From Phoronis australis (Eukaryota > Animalia > Phoronida): a stretch of DNA of 64,000 nucleotides. The notes beneath the pieces are model-generated. The model did not search any database. It saw only the letters and a list, made by a program, of their open reading frames with translations, and was not told the origin of the DNA. The DNA lies in NCBI GenBank assembly GCA_002633005.1, contig NMRA01000036.1, positions 1,164,139-1,228,138 of the forward strand. The letters are read 5' to 3'. Made by a program: the position numbers and the translations under genes. Below are positions 49,901-63,123 of this stretch, piece after piece; position 1 is the first letter of the stretch, and each line of letters begins with the position of its first letter.

Positions 49901-52900
49901 AGTCGATCAATACAAAGTCGCATGCGACTATTCGGAGTCTGTTAGCAGCGCTTTGCATAAATGTAGCCTTTTACATGGGGAAAACTTCTTACAAGCTAGC
50001 TTGCTTGTGTCGGAGGGAATTTCGGGTATTTTACAAGGCTGAGTCGGGGCTAAACATTGTCCTTACCTGGACACCTCCGACTTGTGGACAAAGGCTATTG
50101 ACGCCCCACACAGGTACCAAAAGATGGAATAATAGAGCCACTCGACCAACGGATCAAATAGAAGTGCTAGCCACTGTTTCCACAATTCTTTGTGTCTTAG
50201 AGATCCGTCTGCAAGCCGACTCAGCACGTGCGGGTGATACATTGTACAGCAAACAATTCTGTTGTCCGCCTCTCGCACCTACAAGGTTTCATGAATTACG
50301 TTATCATTCATCAGGTGTGCGCGGGAATGTGTGTATCCTCATAGTAAATTTTTAAGGTTATGCAGGACCATAACAAAATGTCTAAAGTTGGCTAATTTTG
50401 GAAATGGCTGTTCAGATTTATATGAAACTTTCCAATACTGTGCTGTTCTAAAAACCAGTGTTAAGGATTGCTTTCAAATGTTCCGTTTTTTCACGAGGGT
50501 CTTTCAAAAAGATCTTTTATGAGTTTTACAAAAATAAAAAGTTACATAAATCTAAAACAAAATGGTTATTTAGAAAACTATGAAAATATTTTTGAGATTA
50601 TACCTTAAGAATTTATATATAATAAAATTCGTTGATGTTATTGGAATAATTGTCTTGATCAGTGCACCTTTTTGCTAAATTTTACTAAAAAGACATGGCC
50701 ACGTGACCCAAACAATGGCAGATTGGTAAAAGTCAAAAATCAAATTTTACAGAAAATATATAACTTTACCAAGTTTTGTGGATACTTGACTAGACACCCA
50801 CTGACGTATTGTTGAGGTCCGACACTACCTTAAGTAGAACTTCCTCAAGTCTTCAACATACATGTACGACGTACCCATAAGTCGTGTTCTTCTCTTGTGA
50901 TATAACGTGGGAGGTTTGACTTCATGTAACATGTAGATAATAATGAGCCACCATCTTTGATTCAAACTAATTTTGACCACAACCCATGCGCTCACCCAGC
51001 CTATAAACGGGAGGGGAGCTCGAATTTTTGAGAATGTGGACCTTTTACGGGGTACTTTCAGAGCTATGAATAGTGCATTCGTCGAGTTTTGGTAGTTCCG
51101 CAGGTGGACTTTTGTCTCGTTTTCTACTTTTTGGTGGAGTTTTTGTTTCCCTGAGGTGGACATTTTTGCTCACTTGCCCCCTCTGGGTGCGCGCATGCAA
51201 TCGATTCCATCACATGACTGTGTGAACAAGGGTCTGAGCCATCAATTTTTGGAGTATTGTTGTAATGGTCTACAATATTGATATAATTTAGGTATTCTCC
51301 ACCGCAGAACTAGCCAACACAGCTTGGAGGAGAAATGTCAGTCAGTGAGAAACAAGCAAATAGGAAAAATGAGTTGGATTTTGTCAGATTCAAGTGATCA
51401 GAATTGAGGAAATACTTTGTAAATATGAGAGATGAATAAAAATGAATGACTGTCTGTTTTTGTCAAAGTATTAGCACATGGATGCAGAAAGGTAAGGTTC
51501 CATCTTTGGAAGATTATCTGTTTGCCTTCGTACTTTGTACAAAACATTCGGAAAGTATGAGCACACGGCAGCAGATCTGTACAGTTGGTACTTCTTGAAG
51601 ACCCTCTTTAGCATCATTGCAGCCTGCAAGAAGCAGTGAAGTTATACTCACACTATACATGACGCGTCTATGGGGAGTGATAAGGATCACAGTGATAGTA
51701 ATGTTATTAAAAACCACGTATTCAGAAGAGACCCATCACATCCTAAACAGTACAGCTTAGCAAAATGTCCTGGCCAGCTAATGTGCTTATGTGGCCAAGG
51801 GACAAAAAGTGGTCTTGCATAGTCTTACAAACCGTAAAAGTGTTCTCACCATCAGCGTTATATCCTTGTGAGCACATTTCTGTTTCCAAGAATAGTATTT
51901 TTTCATTCAACCCGTTTCTTTCGTACGTTAATACTTCCTTTTAGTAGCGAACTTTTTTGCTTCTCACGAGCAACTTAAAATCGTTGACTCAGAGCAAAAA
52001 GGGTACTATGACTCAAGAGAGCCGTCCGTATTGGCAGTAGTGAAAATATTGGCCAGCTTTAGATATTGCCCTCTTTAGTCCGTGCTATGACACGCTGTCA
52101 GAGAGGCGTGGATAATTCCCTGCACGGGTCACGTTTTAAGTGTAAGTAAGTTCATACATTTTGAACCTTCATATTGTAGAAGAGAAAAATATTCCGAAGA
52201 CCACGAATAATTGAAAAATTGTTTGAAATCGGAAGTAAGTAGAAATGCCATTGCAGCGTTTGGCAACGAGAAAAGTGCTGTCGGTGGTATTGCGTTTTAC
52301 CTTGTCGGATTGGTAACACTTGTTGACACACACATAAAGCCTGGTGTCATCCCTCATACATTCAAAGATTGCTTCCTCTAATGTCGGTACTTTTTCACCT
52401 TTGAATTCGCTAAAATAAATTTTATACAATACAGAAAATTTGCGTCTGCGATAAAGTACTTCCGTTTGTTTATTAAGGTGCTCTTTCTCTTGTTTTTACC
52501 TGCATAAAATAAAACAAGTTTCATCAAACGAAATACGTCAATAAAACAGAAACGTTCGTTAATTAACAAATCTGTACGTTTTCATCCTTTCTTTCAAGCA
52601 GTTGTTTAATCTGTGAAAATGAGGTTTTGTGTCATTGAACACTTCGCGGGGTGGACCACGAGTAATTCCAAGTAAGTTGAAAAATTCTATGTCAAATTCA
52701 CTTTGTATTGCACAAATACACCAATGAAAAACCTAGCATTCGAGAATTACCTTGTGATTGGATGGCTTGGGTTAGAATTTGTTTAGTAAAGGTTTTTAAT
52801 AAACAAATCGAAATAATTTTCTTCGTGTTATTTGAAAGGTAGGATGGTGACGAGTCAAATACTAAATGCTATGCTGAGAACACTTTCAAGAAAGAATTAA

Positions 52901-55900
52901 AGATTTATGTGAAAGAAAATATCTTTTTCAACTATGCTTATATCAATTTTGATCGAGGTTACATACGGTGTGGGAAAGCTATCAGCGGCGTCAAGACTCT
53001 TCACTTCCTCTAAAAGCATAGAACTTAACCGACCGCGGCCATTAGTTGTGTACGATATGTCATCTACTTTCATCAGGACTGGTTTGTCGTCTTGGGTGAA
53101 GGAGAGGTCCACCAAAACACCCTTTGCACCCACACTTCGCGCCTGAAAAAGTGCACTGTTTCATCATGCTTTGTACAGGAAGCATTATGTGTAAACATAA
53201 TTTGAATATGGCACTTTAGGCCAAAACAAAACTGGTTCTGGTCTGAATTTTTGAGAATTGATTGAGAGTTGTACAATTATTGAAAGTTCCCTGACCTGTT
53301 ATGAGCTTCAGGGATCCGGAGGAGATGGGGTTGTCCGAAATTTGCCTTTGAATACCAGTATTTAAACAAATAAGGCCATAAGTTGCAAAGGCATCACGTT
53401 ACAAAAGCTACCTTAGATAGGTCTAAGTTTGCGTAGCTTTTGAAAAAAAAACTTCGTTGGAAAAAATACAGGCCCATGAGGCACAAGTTTCAATATGGGT
53501 CAGGCTAAGACCAGAATCAGTTATTTTCTTTTCTTATAGGTGTTCACCGTCGAGAACATTATGGTACCGCCCAAGTACATACTGCAAAGACACGTATGGA
53601 GATTAAGCAGAAGCCGGTAAAACACTACGAAATTCGGTCGAATTATTGAAGAAGAGTTTATTAAAGACATTATAGTTTTCGCGCTTAATAGGACCGGCCC
53701 TTCATCAGGTATGAAGGCAAATGGCGCGGAAGTCCTATCACCAACATCTAAAGGAAATCTTCTGATAGCAACTATCTCAATTTTGGTAGCTTCCACCCAT
53801 TTCGCACTAAAAAAACATCATCCATAGCCAATCACTGATATGTTACGTCATCTGTTTCAACTGTGAGGCTAGAGACGAAGCTCTAGCCATCCTAAAAACC
53901 AAATTCAAGAGGATTTAGGCAGTAGATTAACTAACAGAAAAATCGCCACCAATGATAACCTGCTAGTGGAACCTTCCCATGTAGTAAACCCAGATGCCGC
54001 GCTCGTCAGCACACTTAAAATTATGCTAAAATTGAACACCCTAGTGACAAAAATCACAGCCAGAGGAAAATTACGTGGAAGTCATTAGGTATTGTACACC
54101 TTATTCAGTGCAGTCCTGACGCTTAGTATGTAGGCAATACCGACGCGTTTAAATGGACACCGTGAAACTATCCGCGATGGTTCCTCGCTTTCGGTGGCTA
54201 CAACAGTGATAACCTCATGGTCTGTGTTCTGATGAGCACTGTTGATAATACCCACACCAAGAAATCTCAATGGTTTTGTTTTTCAACACCCACGAGAACG
54301 GCAGTCTTAATAAAGACACGGACCACATGAGCCACTACCTCTAACTATTCCAATTTTCTCTCCCTTATTTTTCATCTGCTCTGTTTCGACGTTCTCGAAA
54401 GCTAATGTCTATAATTCATTTTTAAAATATATTTACCGGATTTTAAAGTGTTTACCAGCTTCTGCACTGTCTCATTTTATGTCATTTTTAATTATGAAGA
54501 TAAAGAACACTGGCTGATATTCAGAAGTGCTTCCAAGTATCGAACACTGGTTGCATGTGGTTTTAAAGAATTCTTATGTGACTGTTTGTTTCAGGATTTC
54601 CCTAATTCAAGTTTTCTTACAAAAACTATTTGAATCTGGTTTAGAAATTTGCGTCAACTTTTTGTAAAACAAAAGTGTATTGAGATCAAATGAGGACAAT
54701 TTATAAAATAAATAACCACCGTTTTGGAAAATGTGATGGCGCCACAATAATATATATGCTCTTGTGGTTACAGCGAAGTCAAAGCATGCGGTTCACTACG
54801 TCGAAGCGAGAATCTGAGCACAGAGCCCATCTTAAGGAAACAACGTTCAGAATTAGCATTGAAAAAGCCCTTTCATAGTGTCATGTACAACTGTAAGAGG
54901 TTGACGACGTTGACTGTTAACATTTGGTCATACCGTTGCGACTTGCGGTTACAACAACAGCGATAGATTAGATCAATTCATTTCACGCTAATGCATATTC
55001 AATGAGGGTTAGCATACTTTTCCGGCTCATTCCGGAGCTGAGTTCCAAAGACACAAGAATCTAGCGAAATATTACGTGATCTTGCGGTTTCTCGAACACC
55101 TTGCGTCTACAAAACAGGCACCTGGTGATCCTGGAGCAAAACAAGGCTTGCACTGAATTCTCTGCGTCTTCAAATAGTATTGTACAGTGGCAGTATGTAG
55201 TTAAGAAAACGGCAGAATTAATGGTGGCCGCATTTGTAAAGTCGATTTGAATGTTATCGCAGCGATAAACTGAGTAAATCAAGTGGAGGTTCTTATCTGT
55301 TCACGAAACCGTGGTAAACCATCAGTGTTCACACAGCGTTTATTCTAGAGGGTTCCTTAATAATCTAGAGCTCTGTGCTCAGTTTACTCGAGGGGTGTAC
55401 TTGAGAAACAGCTACCATATCGTTGCAATGGACTGTTTTCGATGCCATATATTGACCTATTTAAATATAAAAATATTGAATGGGATGTACGGTAAAAATG
55501 ATTATCAAAGCAAACCTCTCATCCGTCGTAGAAATATTTCATAAATATCGTTTTGTTTTACCAATGAGTATCCCCTTTTAAGACAGGTGATTTTTATCCT
55601 TGCATACTTTACTAATGGAGGCCAACGTGTTCTCTGGTGCCAGCCTGCCTGCACCACCTTGACCAATCAGGACAATTTGTCCTGGCGCCAGAACCTCGTT
55701 CTCGGTCGCCATGTCTGGGCGAGGGAAGTGATTCCAGACGACCACCATTCCGAACATCAGAGTGAAAAATATAGCAGATGTATCGCTGGTCCCAATAGCG
55801 CACATAAAGATGAAAACCGTAACGAGGAACGAAACGTTATCAAATATAACACTTTTCAGCAGACTTGTAATAAACGGAAGTTTTTGAATCATTTTGTAGG

Positions 55901-55967
55901 GAAGTCCAGGAGCCGTGCTGCAAACAGCTAAAGTAAATCGACGGAAGGCTCCAGCAACTCTTTCCAT
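43751..55967 (-). CDS. GDE1: GDE1-like glycerophosphodiester phosphodiesterase homolog, 6 exons, 371 aa, catalytic residues substituted
   Basis: Exons 55967-55608, 53142-52967, 52409-52301, 51623-51534, 50278-50067 and 43919-43751 total 1116 nt in one frame with GT-AG introns. Motifs APENTL, EKVPTLEEA, VCSYFP, WYLCG, SKGIRIV and VTD; hydrophobic N-terminal segment. Confidence 0.9.
44153..44205. repeat. Perfect palindrome, 26-bp arms, 1-nt spacer, in GDE1-like intron 5
   Basis: AAAAAGTTTGTCCAATGAGCTATACC-T-GGTATAGCTCATTGGACAAACTTTTT. Confidence 0.92.
47873..49019. mobile_element. Academ-like non-autonomous DNA transposon spanning the gap
   Basis: Perfect 17-bp TIR TAGTCGGTGGGCCAGAT; further inverted block TTGTGAGTACTTT; 3-bp TSD ATA; TAG termini. 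Confidence 0.75.
48244..48503. other. Assembly gap (260 N)
   Basis: Run of N characters. Confidence 1.
50067..50278 (-). CDS. GDE1: GDE1-like exon 5
   Basis: Reads VREADNRIVCCTMYHPHVLSRLADGSLRHKELWKQWLALLFDPLVEWLYYSIFWYLCGASIAFVHKSEVS; tgtag acceptor, GTAAGG donor. Confidence 0.92.
50356..50829. mobile_element. Kolobok-like MITE in GDE1-like intron 4
   Basis: TTAA|GGTTATGCAGGACC...GGTCCGACACTACC|TTAA; GG termini with TTAA TSD. Confidence 0.65.
50985..51197. mobile_element. Small hAT-like MITE
   Basis: TIR CATGCGCTCACCCAG / CTGGGTGCGCGCATG; near-TSD CAACC / CAATC. Confidence 0.55.
51534..51623 (-). CDS. GDE1: GDE1-like exon 4
   Basis: Reads AAMMLKRVFKKYQLYRSAAVCSYFPNVLYK; ttgcag acceptor, GTACGA donor. 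Confidence 0.88.
52301..52409 (-). CDS. GDE1: GDE1-like exon 3
   Basis: Reads EFKGEKVPTLEEAIFECMRDDTRLYVCVNKCYQSDK; ttttag acceptor, GTAAAA donor. Confidence 0.9.
52967..53142 (-). CDS. GDE1: GDE1-like exon 2
   Basis: Reads ARSVGAKGVLVDLSFTQDDKPVLMKVDDISYTTNGRGRLSSMLLEEVKSLDAADSFPT; ttttcag acceptor, GTATGT donor. Confidence 0.92.
55608..55967 (-). CDS. GDE1: GDE1-like exon 1
   Basis: ATG at 55967; hydrophobic membrane segment; IGQGGAGRLAPENTLASISK; donor GTATGC. Confidence 0.88.
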
Positions 55968-56462
55968 CGCGAATCCCCACCCTATCGTTTGTTGACGTCA
56001 TGGATGACGACATCATAAAAACACTGATAATAAAAGGGAATCAAAGGATTTAGGCAATTATTACATCAGTCGCGTTTTAAAATTAGAAAACAACTAGATG
56101 GAAGTCATTGATAATTTGTGAAGGGATCTTAGTTATGGAAACAATACCTGGTCGAGAAGGGACCTTGGACTCACTGTAAACTTCGCGTACCACTGATAAT
56201 GTAGTTAGACCTTTGAGCACACTTTATTCAAAACTGTTATTAATCCGACTTCCGTCACAACAACAATGTATGAAATTGGTCACAATTTGTTCCTTTGTCA
56301 AAACAGGTATATTATTTAGGCTTGAAATGACACTTCATTCCTACTTGAGACATGGTCCTACAAGTTGTTTTGTCACGGCATGTCATTTTTGCGTTTTGTT
56401 AGAATAAACAAAATTTTAAAAGTATGAATCAAATGCGACTAAACAAACTCTGTAATTATCAA

Positions 56463-56918
56463 GGTTATGTAGGCCTAAAATCTACTATTTTCTGAAAGTA
56501 CAAATCTATATAATTTGATTTTTGACTTTTACCAGTCTGCCATTAATTGGGTCACGTGACCATATCGTTTTAGGAAAACTTAGCAAAAATGTTCATACTG
56601 AACACAACAACGGCATTAAGAACATGATCAAATTTTATTTGATGTAAATGTTTAAGGTGAGATGTCAAAAACGCTGTTACTGTTTTCTAAAATGTCATTT
56701 TCGTTTCATTTATGCAACTTTAAACATTTTTCATGAAAATTATGAAATTCCTTTGTTCAACAGTCTCTCGTGCAAAAGTGGAACATTTTAAAAACAATTT
56801 CTAAAAGACTTTTCGAGAACATTGCATAAAACATAGCATCTGAAAGTTTGATATGAATCACATCAGCCATCTCTGATGTTCTGAACGTAGCCAAATTTGG
56901 CCATTTTCATACGTAACC
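56463..56918. mobile_element. Kolobok-like MITE, same family as 50356-50829 in opposite orientation
   Basis: GGTTATGTAGG...CATACGTAACC termini; internal blocks (GGTCACGTGACC, AAAACTTAGCAAAA) are inverted relative to the 50356 copy. Confidence 0.55.
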
Positions 56919-57569
56919 TTGAAGTGTTTTAAAATGCCTAAATTTATATTTCATAACGTAATACAGACAGAAATTTGAGATTAGGGAACGCGATTCCCAT
57001 CTTTTCCATGAAGCAGACGAATCTAGGTTGGAGCCAATCACAAGTTTCAAAAAAGGAGAAAATTAAATTGTCTTTTTGGTTTTGTTTTGGTGGTTTCAGT
57101 AGAGGGCTCAAGCCTCCTGCCCCCTTAAATTAAAGCATAGTTGTGAGGACTATTTATCCATTTTCCCATACTGTACTACTGTAGCACTTTCTTGGCTAAC
57201 TTGACATTTTGTAGATTACATTGTCTTTCTATGACCAACGTTAATTAAGGAAATTGACATCAAAAAGCTTTCATAGGAGGTCATTCACCGTGCAAGGTGA
57301 AAGAGCCACCAAAGTTAGGATGCTGGGAGTGATTTAATGAGAAGCTGATACAGATGGATACTTATTTTACTAGGCCGGACAACATTTTAAAACTATATTT
57401 TTCCTAACATTATTCACCGACACATCGATTTGGAAAAACAAAGTCGAAAGAATGTGTAACACGAGTTAAGATAATTGATTAAGATTGTTCAAGAGAATAG
57501 GGTATTCATTATACCAAACGCTATTTGCTATAATTAGAGAATACTTGTATGAGTGGCCTCCCCCGCCAC

Positions 57570-58443
57570 TCCTGTAGCCCACCATACCCCAGCCCGTATA
57601 CCTCTCCACTGGCAAAGCCGAGGTGAAGGCTGGCCTGGATAACGACGTCCTCCTAAACGTCACTGAGCCGCGGGCGAACCCGTAACCTGGAGCCACCGCA
57701 TAGTAGTGTGTGCCAAGAAGAATAGTAAACCACGCCGCACGGTCGACTTACAACCCCTTAACAAATACGCCCTCCGGGAAACCACACACGCTCCCAGTTT
57801 CATCAAGCTCTATCTATAGCACCCAGAACCAAGAAGACAGTGTTTGATGCCTGGAACGGCTACCATAGCGTCCCCATTTGTGAAGCCGATCGACACCTTC
57901 ATCACCCCATGGGGAAGATACCGATACCGCACAGCACCCCAAGGATACATTGCCTCAGGTGACGCCTACACCACACGGTTTGACGAGATCGTCAGCAATA
58001 TTTCCAACCTCACAAAATGCGTTGACGACTCCTTGCTCTGGTCGGAGAGCCTCTTGAACAGTTTTCACCAGGCATGCTAATGGCTTGATGTCTGCGGACG
58101 TAACGGCATAGTCCTCAACACTGACAAACTCACCTTTGCTCAGGAGACCGTTGAGTTCGCTTGGTTTGAGATAACAGCTGACAGTGTCAGGCCAAGCAAA
58201 AACAACCTTGACAGCACACGCAAATTTCCCGCCCCCCAGAGCAGGTCTTTGTTCGGTCTCCTGAATGAAATGTCATACACGTTCAGCATGACAGACAAGA
58301 GGTTACCTTTTCGCAAACTTCTCAAAAAGTACTCTAAATTTCACTGGAATGACATTCTGCAGAATATATTTGACCACTCTGGAGAGACAATCATCAACGG
58401 GATCGAGGAAGGTGTCCGCATGTTTGACAAAGCTAAGGAATGA
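57570..58443 (+). mobile_element. Gypsy/Ty3 LTR retrotransposon reverse transcriptase remnant
   Basis: With frameshifts and stops reads KPRRTVDLQPLNK, FDAWNGYHSVP, FITPWGRYRYRTAPQGY, TKCVDDSLLW and RSLFGLLN. Confidence 0.9.
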
Positions 58444-59849
58444 ATCCGTTATACGAAAAGTGACCTAAGACTTAAGACAGAAATTTTTCTCCCACTCTCA
58501 CTTCACACTTTTTGAATAAAAGTTTAGCCAAGTAATTTAAAAAAATAATTGCAGGCGGCCTGGTACTGTATCAAACTTGCACAGGCCGCGCGTGTGGGCC
58601 CATTGCACTGATCAAAGCAAATTAATTACGAGCACATCACAATCTATAAATAATTAATAGTACTTGTCTCACTGACTAGTAGTTATGTTTATGTTCTCAG
58701 AGACTTCACAGTTTTGCTGAAATGAAATTTAATTTTTATTCACAAATAGTTATGTGAAGTGTGAGACCGAATTTCTTAGTCACGGTCAATGAAACATTCT
58801 CCATAAGTTCTGAACTACTCCGTTTTACACATTGCGGTAACCCGCGAGATGTCGGGAAGTTGAGCACCTATGATTTGACACTACGGAAATACCAGAGATG
58901 ATCCGGATACTCCAAGGGGAAATCTGAGGCTACGAAAACAATCGAGATGATCTGTAATGGTTAACAGTTAACTATTGAAGAGTCCCTACGAAAGCGTAAA
59001 CCTTGATTAACCTGTTCATTGTTAATGGTACCTCTCTACAAATGGGTCCCTCTTATGGTGTTCGCTCACTAAATGGATGAGTAGCCAAATTTTGTAGTTG
59101 CATCTTCGTCAAAATATATTCGAGTACCCCTTCGGGTTTATACCACTACTACCCGTCCACTGACTTAACGAGTCCATTCATCCGTTACGGCTGCCTTTGA
59201 CGCACAAAAATACGTATAATGGCATGTGGAAATATTAGGGCTATGTATTATCGTTTAGTCAAACTATGCTCTATTTGTTGGTGTAATCACCAGCTACGTC
59301 AGTATATCTAGCTGCTGTTAGAGCTACAGGGTGGAAGGAAAATGTAACATCTCATGAGCTGGAATAACATGATATTTTTAACTTCAAGCTCTATCAGCTA
59401 TCCTTTCCAAAAACATAGGAATATCTAGGTTATAAGTGTGGATTGAAATCAACTAAATGTTATACAATTGATCGTTTTCGAAAATAAGTAAGCAACGAAC
59501 ACGGATAGACAGTCAACTCCAAAACCAAAATGCGCTTCCCAAATAAACTGAACTAAGTTGGTAATTTTCGAATAATAAAAAAAAAATTCCTCTCCGGTCT
59601 AGCAAATTTTCTTGAACAGCATGAAGCTGATATATTGTGCAGAAACCCGTGCTCAATTCATCATTCTCGAGGAGTTCAAAAACCCAAGAACCGAGTCACA
59701 CGTAACTAAATCAACTGAATCAAAAGTCACCTGTAAAGCAGTCACATACAAAGGTCAAAGCTATCCCCCAAGGGTGACCTCAATTGACCTCAGGTTGCCA
59801 TTCAGCGAAACCTTATGGCAAGTCCATAAAAGTCAATCTGAACCTATTT

Positions 59850-60900
59850 ATTGTATATCATTGTGAAGTATTGTAGGATTAGCATAACCTATTACACGAC
59901 CTGTTACCATAGAATGAATACAAAGGGCACTTTTGTCACTTTTGAAATGTTCTTTTTCTCTTTGACCTAATCTTCTATTCGTCATACCAACATCAAACCT
60001 ACAACACTTGCAGGTAAACCTGAATACAACATTACACCTCCGTAGTACTGACAAGGGATGTTTAAGTTTTGAGAGTATTAATAACAGGACGGTTTTAGTA
60101 CAACAATCAGGTCAATATTGGGTATAAATTTTGATACAGTTATCTGGTTAACCGCCCTTTGGGCAAAATGCGGTCAATATGAGGAAGAACAAGATAATAC
60201 TTTTGTCTCGTAAGACCACATTCCACGTTACCCGAAATAGGAAATTCAATGAGTTTGTTAATACAAGACTGTATACAACTCAATGGATAATCATTATTAA
60301 TGAGAGTAGACTTAATATAACAAAGAAAATTTCTTTGTCTAGTATTCCAGTGTCTGATTAAATCCGTTTACATCCACTAATTAGACCACAAACCAGAGAC
60401 TTTTTATACCTCATAGGTGTGAACATTGGCGGCGCACCACAGGGGGCTGAGAGGGCTATAGCCCCACTGTTTTAAGTGCTACACCGCACGTGGTCTATAG
60501 GCGGTGCATCCCAGAGGGCTAAGGGAGCTTTAGCCCTCCACTTTTTTCAGTGCTGCGCCGCCCATGGTGAAGCTATACCAATTCAAGTACACACCAGGGG
60601 TAGGTTTATGAAAGCAAGACGTGACAATCATACCGTTGTTCGAAAGTTCTAGTCACTAGTACATCTACTAAGAAATGTAATTCACTATTAACCTTCGACT
60701 ATTGACACAATACTAGGTTGTTGAGAATTCAGCCACGGGAAAAAGTGTTCTGTACTGGCACTGTTATCAAAAACTAAGAAAGTAGCGTCAACCAATCTAC
60801 GATAAAAGGAAGGCGGACTACCATTAAAGGACTCAAGAGCCTTTGTCTCTAACCAAGTCATGAATATGTCGACCAAAACAGATCCAAGTCGTATACTAAC
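59850..60900 (-). mobile_element. Penelope-like retroelement remnant (RT plus GIY-YIG endonuclease)
   Basis: Reads LGSVLVDIFMTWLE...FYRRLVDATFLVF, GVYLNWYSFTPMRYKKSLV and NVVFRFTCKCCRFDVGMTNRRLGQREKEH. Confidence 0.8.
60424..60566. mobile_element. 143-bp hAT-like MITE inserted in the Penelope-like RT
   Basis: TIR CATTGGCGGCGCA / TGCGCCGCCCATG; 5-bp TSD GTGAA; removing it restores the RT frame (WYSFT-PMRYK). Confidence 0.85.
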
Positions 60901-61314
60901 AAAGTCATGCCTATTTCGGGTGACGTGGAATATGGTCCTGAGAGACAAAGGGTATACATGTAAATAGAGGTTGTCAACTACAATTTTGCTGGGGTTTCAA
61001 CTGCTTATTTGACCCACACCAACCTTGTCAATAGGCCGATGTATTTGGACACCACTGTAACGTCATTATGGTCACCGATATGTCTATAAAACCACACGCT
61101 CTATGATTTACCCATCCTTCATTGAGAAGTTGTATGATGATACGAATGGTGAGTCTGGACTGTTTTTAAATTCGCCTTATGCTGCAGTGTTGGTGCACAA
61201 GTGGCACCAGGTCCGCATTTATATGAGCCGTAATACAATAGTAAATAATAATAAATTCAGGTTCAATTAGGACATCCTCTAAATGCTTCTGACTATCATG
61301 AAGTCACTCTTAAC

Positions 61315-61352
61315 GTAGTAGTAGCAGTAGCAGTAGCAATAGCAATAGCAGT

Positions 61353-61396
<44 letters not shown>

Positions 61397-61479
61397 TAGT
61401 AGTTGTAGTAGTAGTAGTAGTAGTAGTAGTTGTAGTAGTTGTAGTAGTAGTAGTAGTAGTTGTTGTTGTTGTTGTTGTT

Positions 61480-61518
<39 letters not shown>

Positions 61519-61533
61519 ATAGTAGTAGTAGTA
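61315..61533. repeat. Compound trinucleotide microsatellite (AGT/AGC/GTT)n
   Basis: About 70 tandem triplets, directly visible. Confidence 0.98.
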
Positions 61534-63123
61534 AATCGGTTTATACTCAAGTAAGTAAACCCCAGGACCGCTCGAATTGACTGACAAGTTGACCGAAATA
61601 TTCAACACATGTAAGCCTATAGCCAGTGTTATTTACTTATTTGTTTACGAGTTGAAAAACGTCAACTAAAGTAATATCTCACCACCTACTCCATTTTGAA
61701 AAAGAACATACCACAACCAATTTGGCGTTATAGTAGCCATTTGGATTAGAAATAACATATCAATTCCTTGATCCAAATTGCACGCATGTAGGTTTTGACA
61801 CAAATGTCTCTCTCAACCACTGAAAAAAAGATTCTGTCGACCATTGTGAAACGCAAAATTGATACAATGACTGAAATAGCGTTACATGCTGCGAACATAT
61901 AGATCAGCAGCTCTTTAATACAGTGCTACTGAAGGAAGAACTCACAGTTCCGTTCTTCCCGCAGAAACATACCGTGAGAGCAGTGTTGACTTAATAACGC
62001 AAAAACCGGTCGGTTGTTCTCTAACCGTCTCCAGGCGAACTCCCAGCTCTTTACGATTCTTGGCGCCACTCATGTAGAAATTCTGTAGAAACATGACTGT
62101 GATGAGACGCTATGGCTATAGAAGGAATCGTTCTTAGCCTTTCCGTTGACTGTCTCTGCAGACTCCATTAAGCACTGAGCCGATGAGCATTTCCACACCA
62201 AATGTTTTCATTAGTGTGCCTGTACAGCCCTGGAAACTCATGAACCAATCGCAATTGACAAAGATTTATGTCACATCATAATCTATCATCATCAGCGTTT
62301 TAAGGAAATATCTTGAAGTGCTCAGTGTGAAAAACAAAAGACGAAAGAGAGAGAAACGTATTTGCCACTAGGATGTCAGGCAATTTTGACCCTAAGGTTG
62401 ACCCCGTATTATTAAAATAACATCAGAAATGGACTCCACATAATAAAAATGGTATAAACAACGTATTGTATGACCCTGCATGTCATCGAGTTGAAAATGC
62501 TCAAGATTGCACAAAGTGCAGCCAAGGTAATTTTGATCTTCTGATCCTATTTAGTACATTTCAAATATATTCAGCAATCAACACTGCAGGGCTTACTATG
62601 AGTGGTATAGGAGCGACTGGAATGTCAAACAAAATGAAATATACATGCCCGATGTAAAAATCGCTGGGTCAACATTTTCACAATCCAAAATGGCGGCTAG
62701 TTACCATGGGGATAGCAATGGGTACCAAACCTGGGTAGAATTTAGTAACGCTGCAACCTCGCTAAAAAGCAAGACTTACAGGGATTACGCGAGATATTGC
62801 CGATACTAGGTCTGTGTATTTTAAATGAGAGCAAGTTAATTTGGCTAGATTTTCTCGCCCAAGACAGCTACTGAGCTCTACCCAGATTTTGATTAGCACA
62901 CTAATTTTACTTTCGGGAAACGTGTGAGAGACAGTATTTTTTCAAGGTTGTCTTAAAACTACCCAAGGCTAGATACGGATACTCCCCGTACTATCGTTTA
63001 TGGATTTAGTAAACTTTGAAAAATTGCCACTTACCATAACCGACAATTTTAGTTTTGGTTTACTTATGCCCTGTGGCGTGCAGACCTTCAGTCATCGCTT
63101 CATTCCGTGAATGAAACACTTAT

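Noticed and set aside
61279-61608. Poly-Y/T/A/C ORFs
   Set aside because: Translation of a trinucleotide microsatellite.
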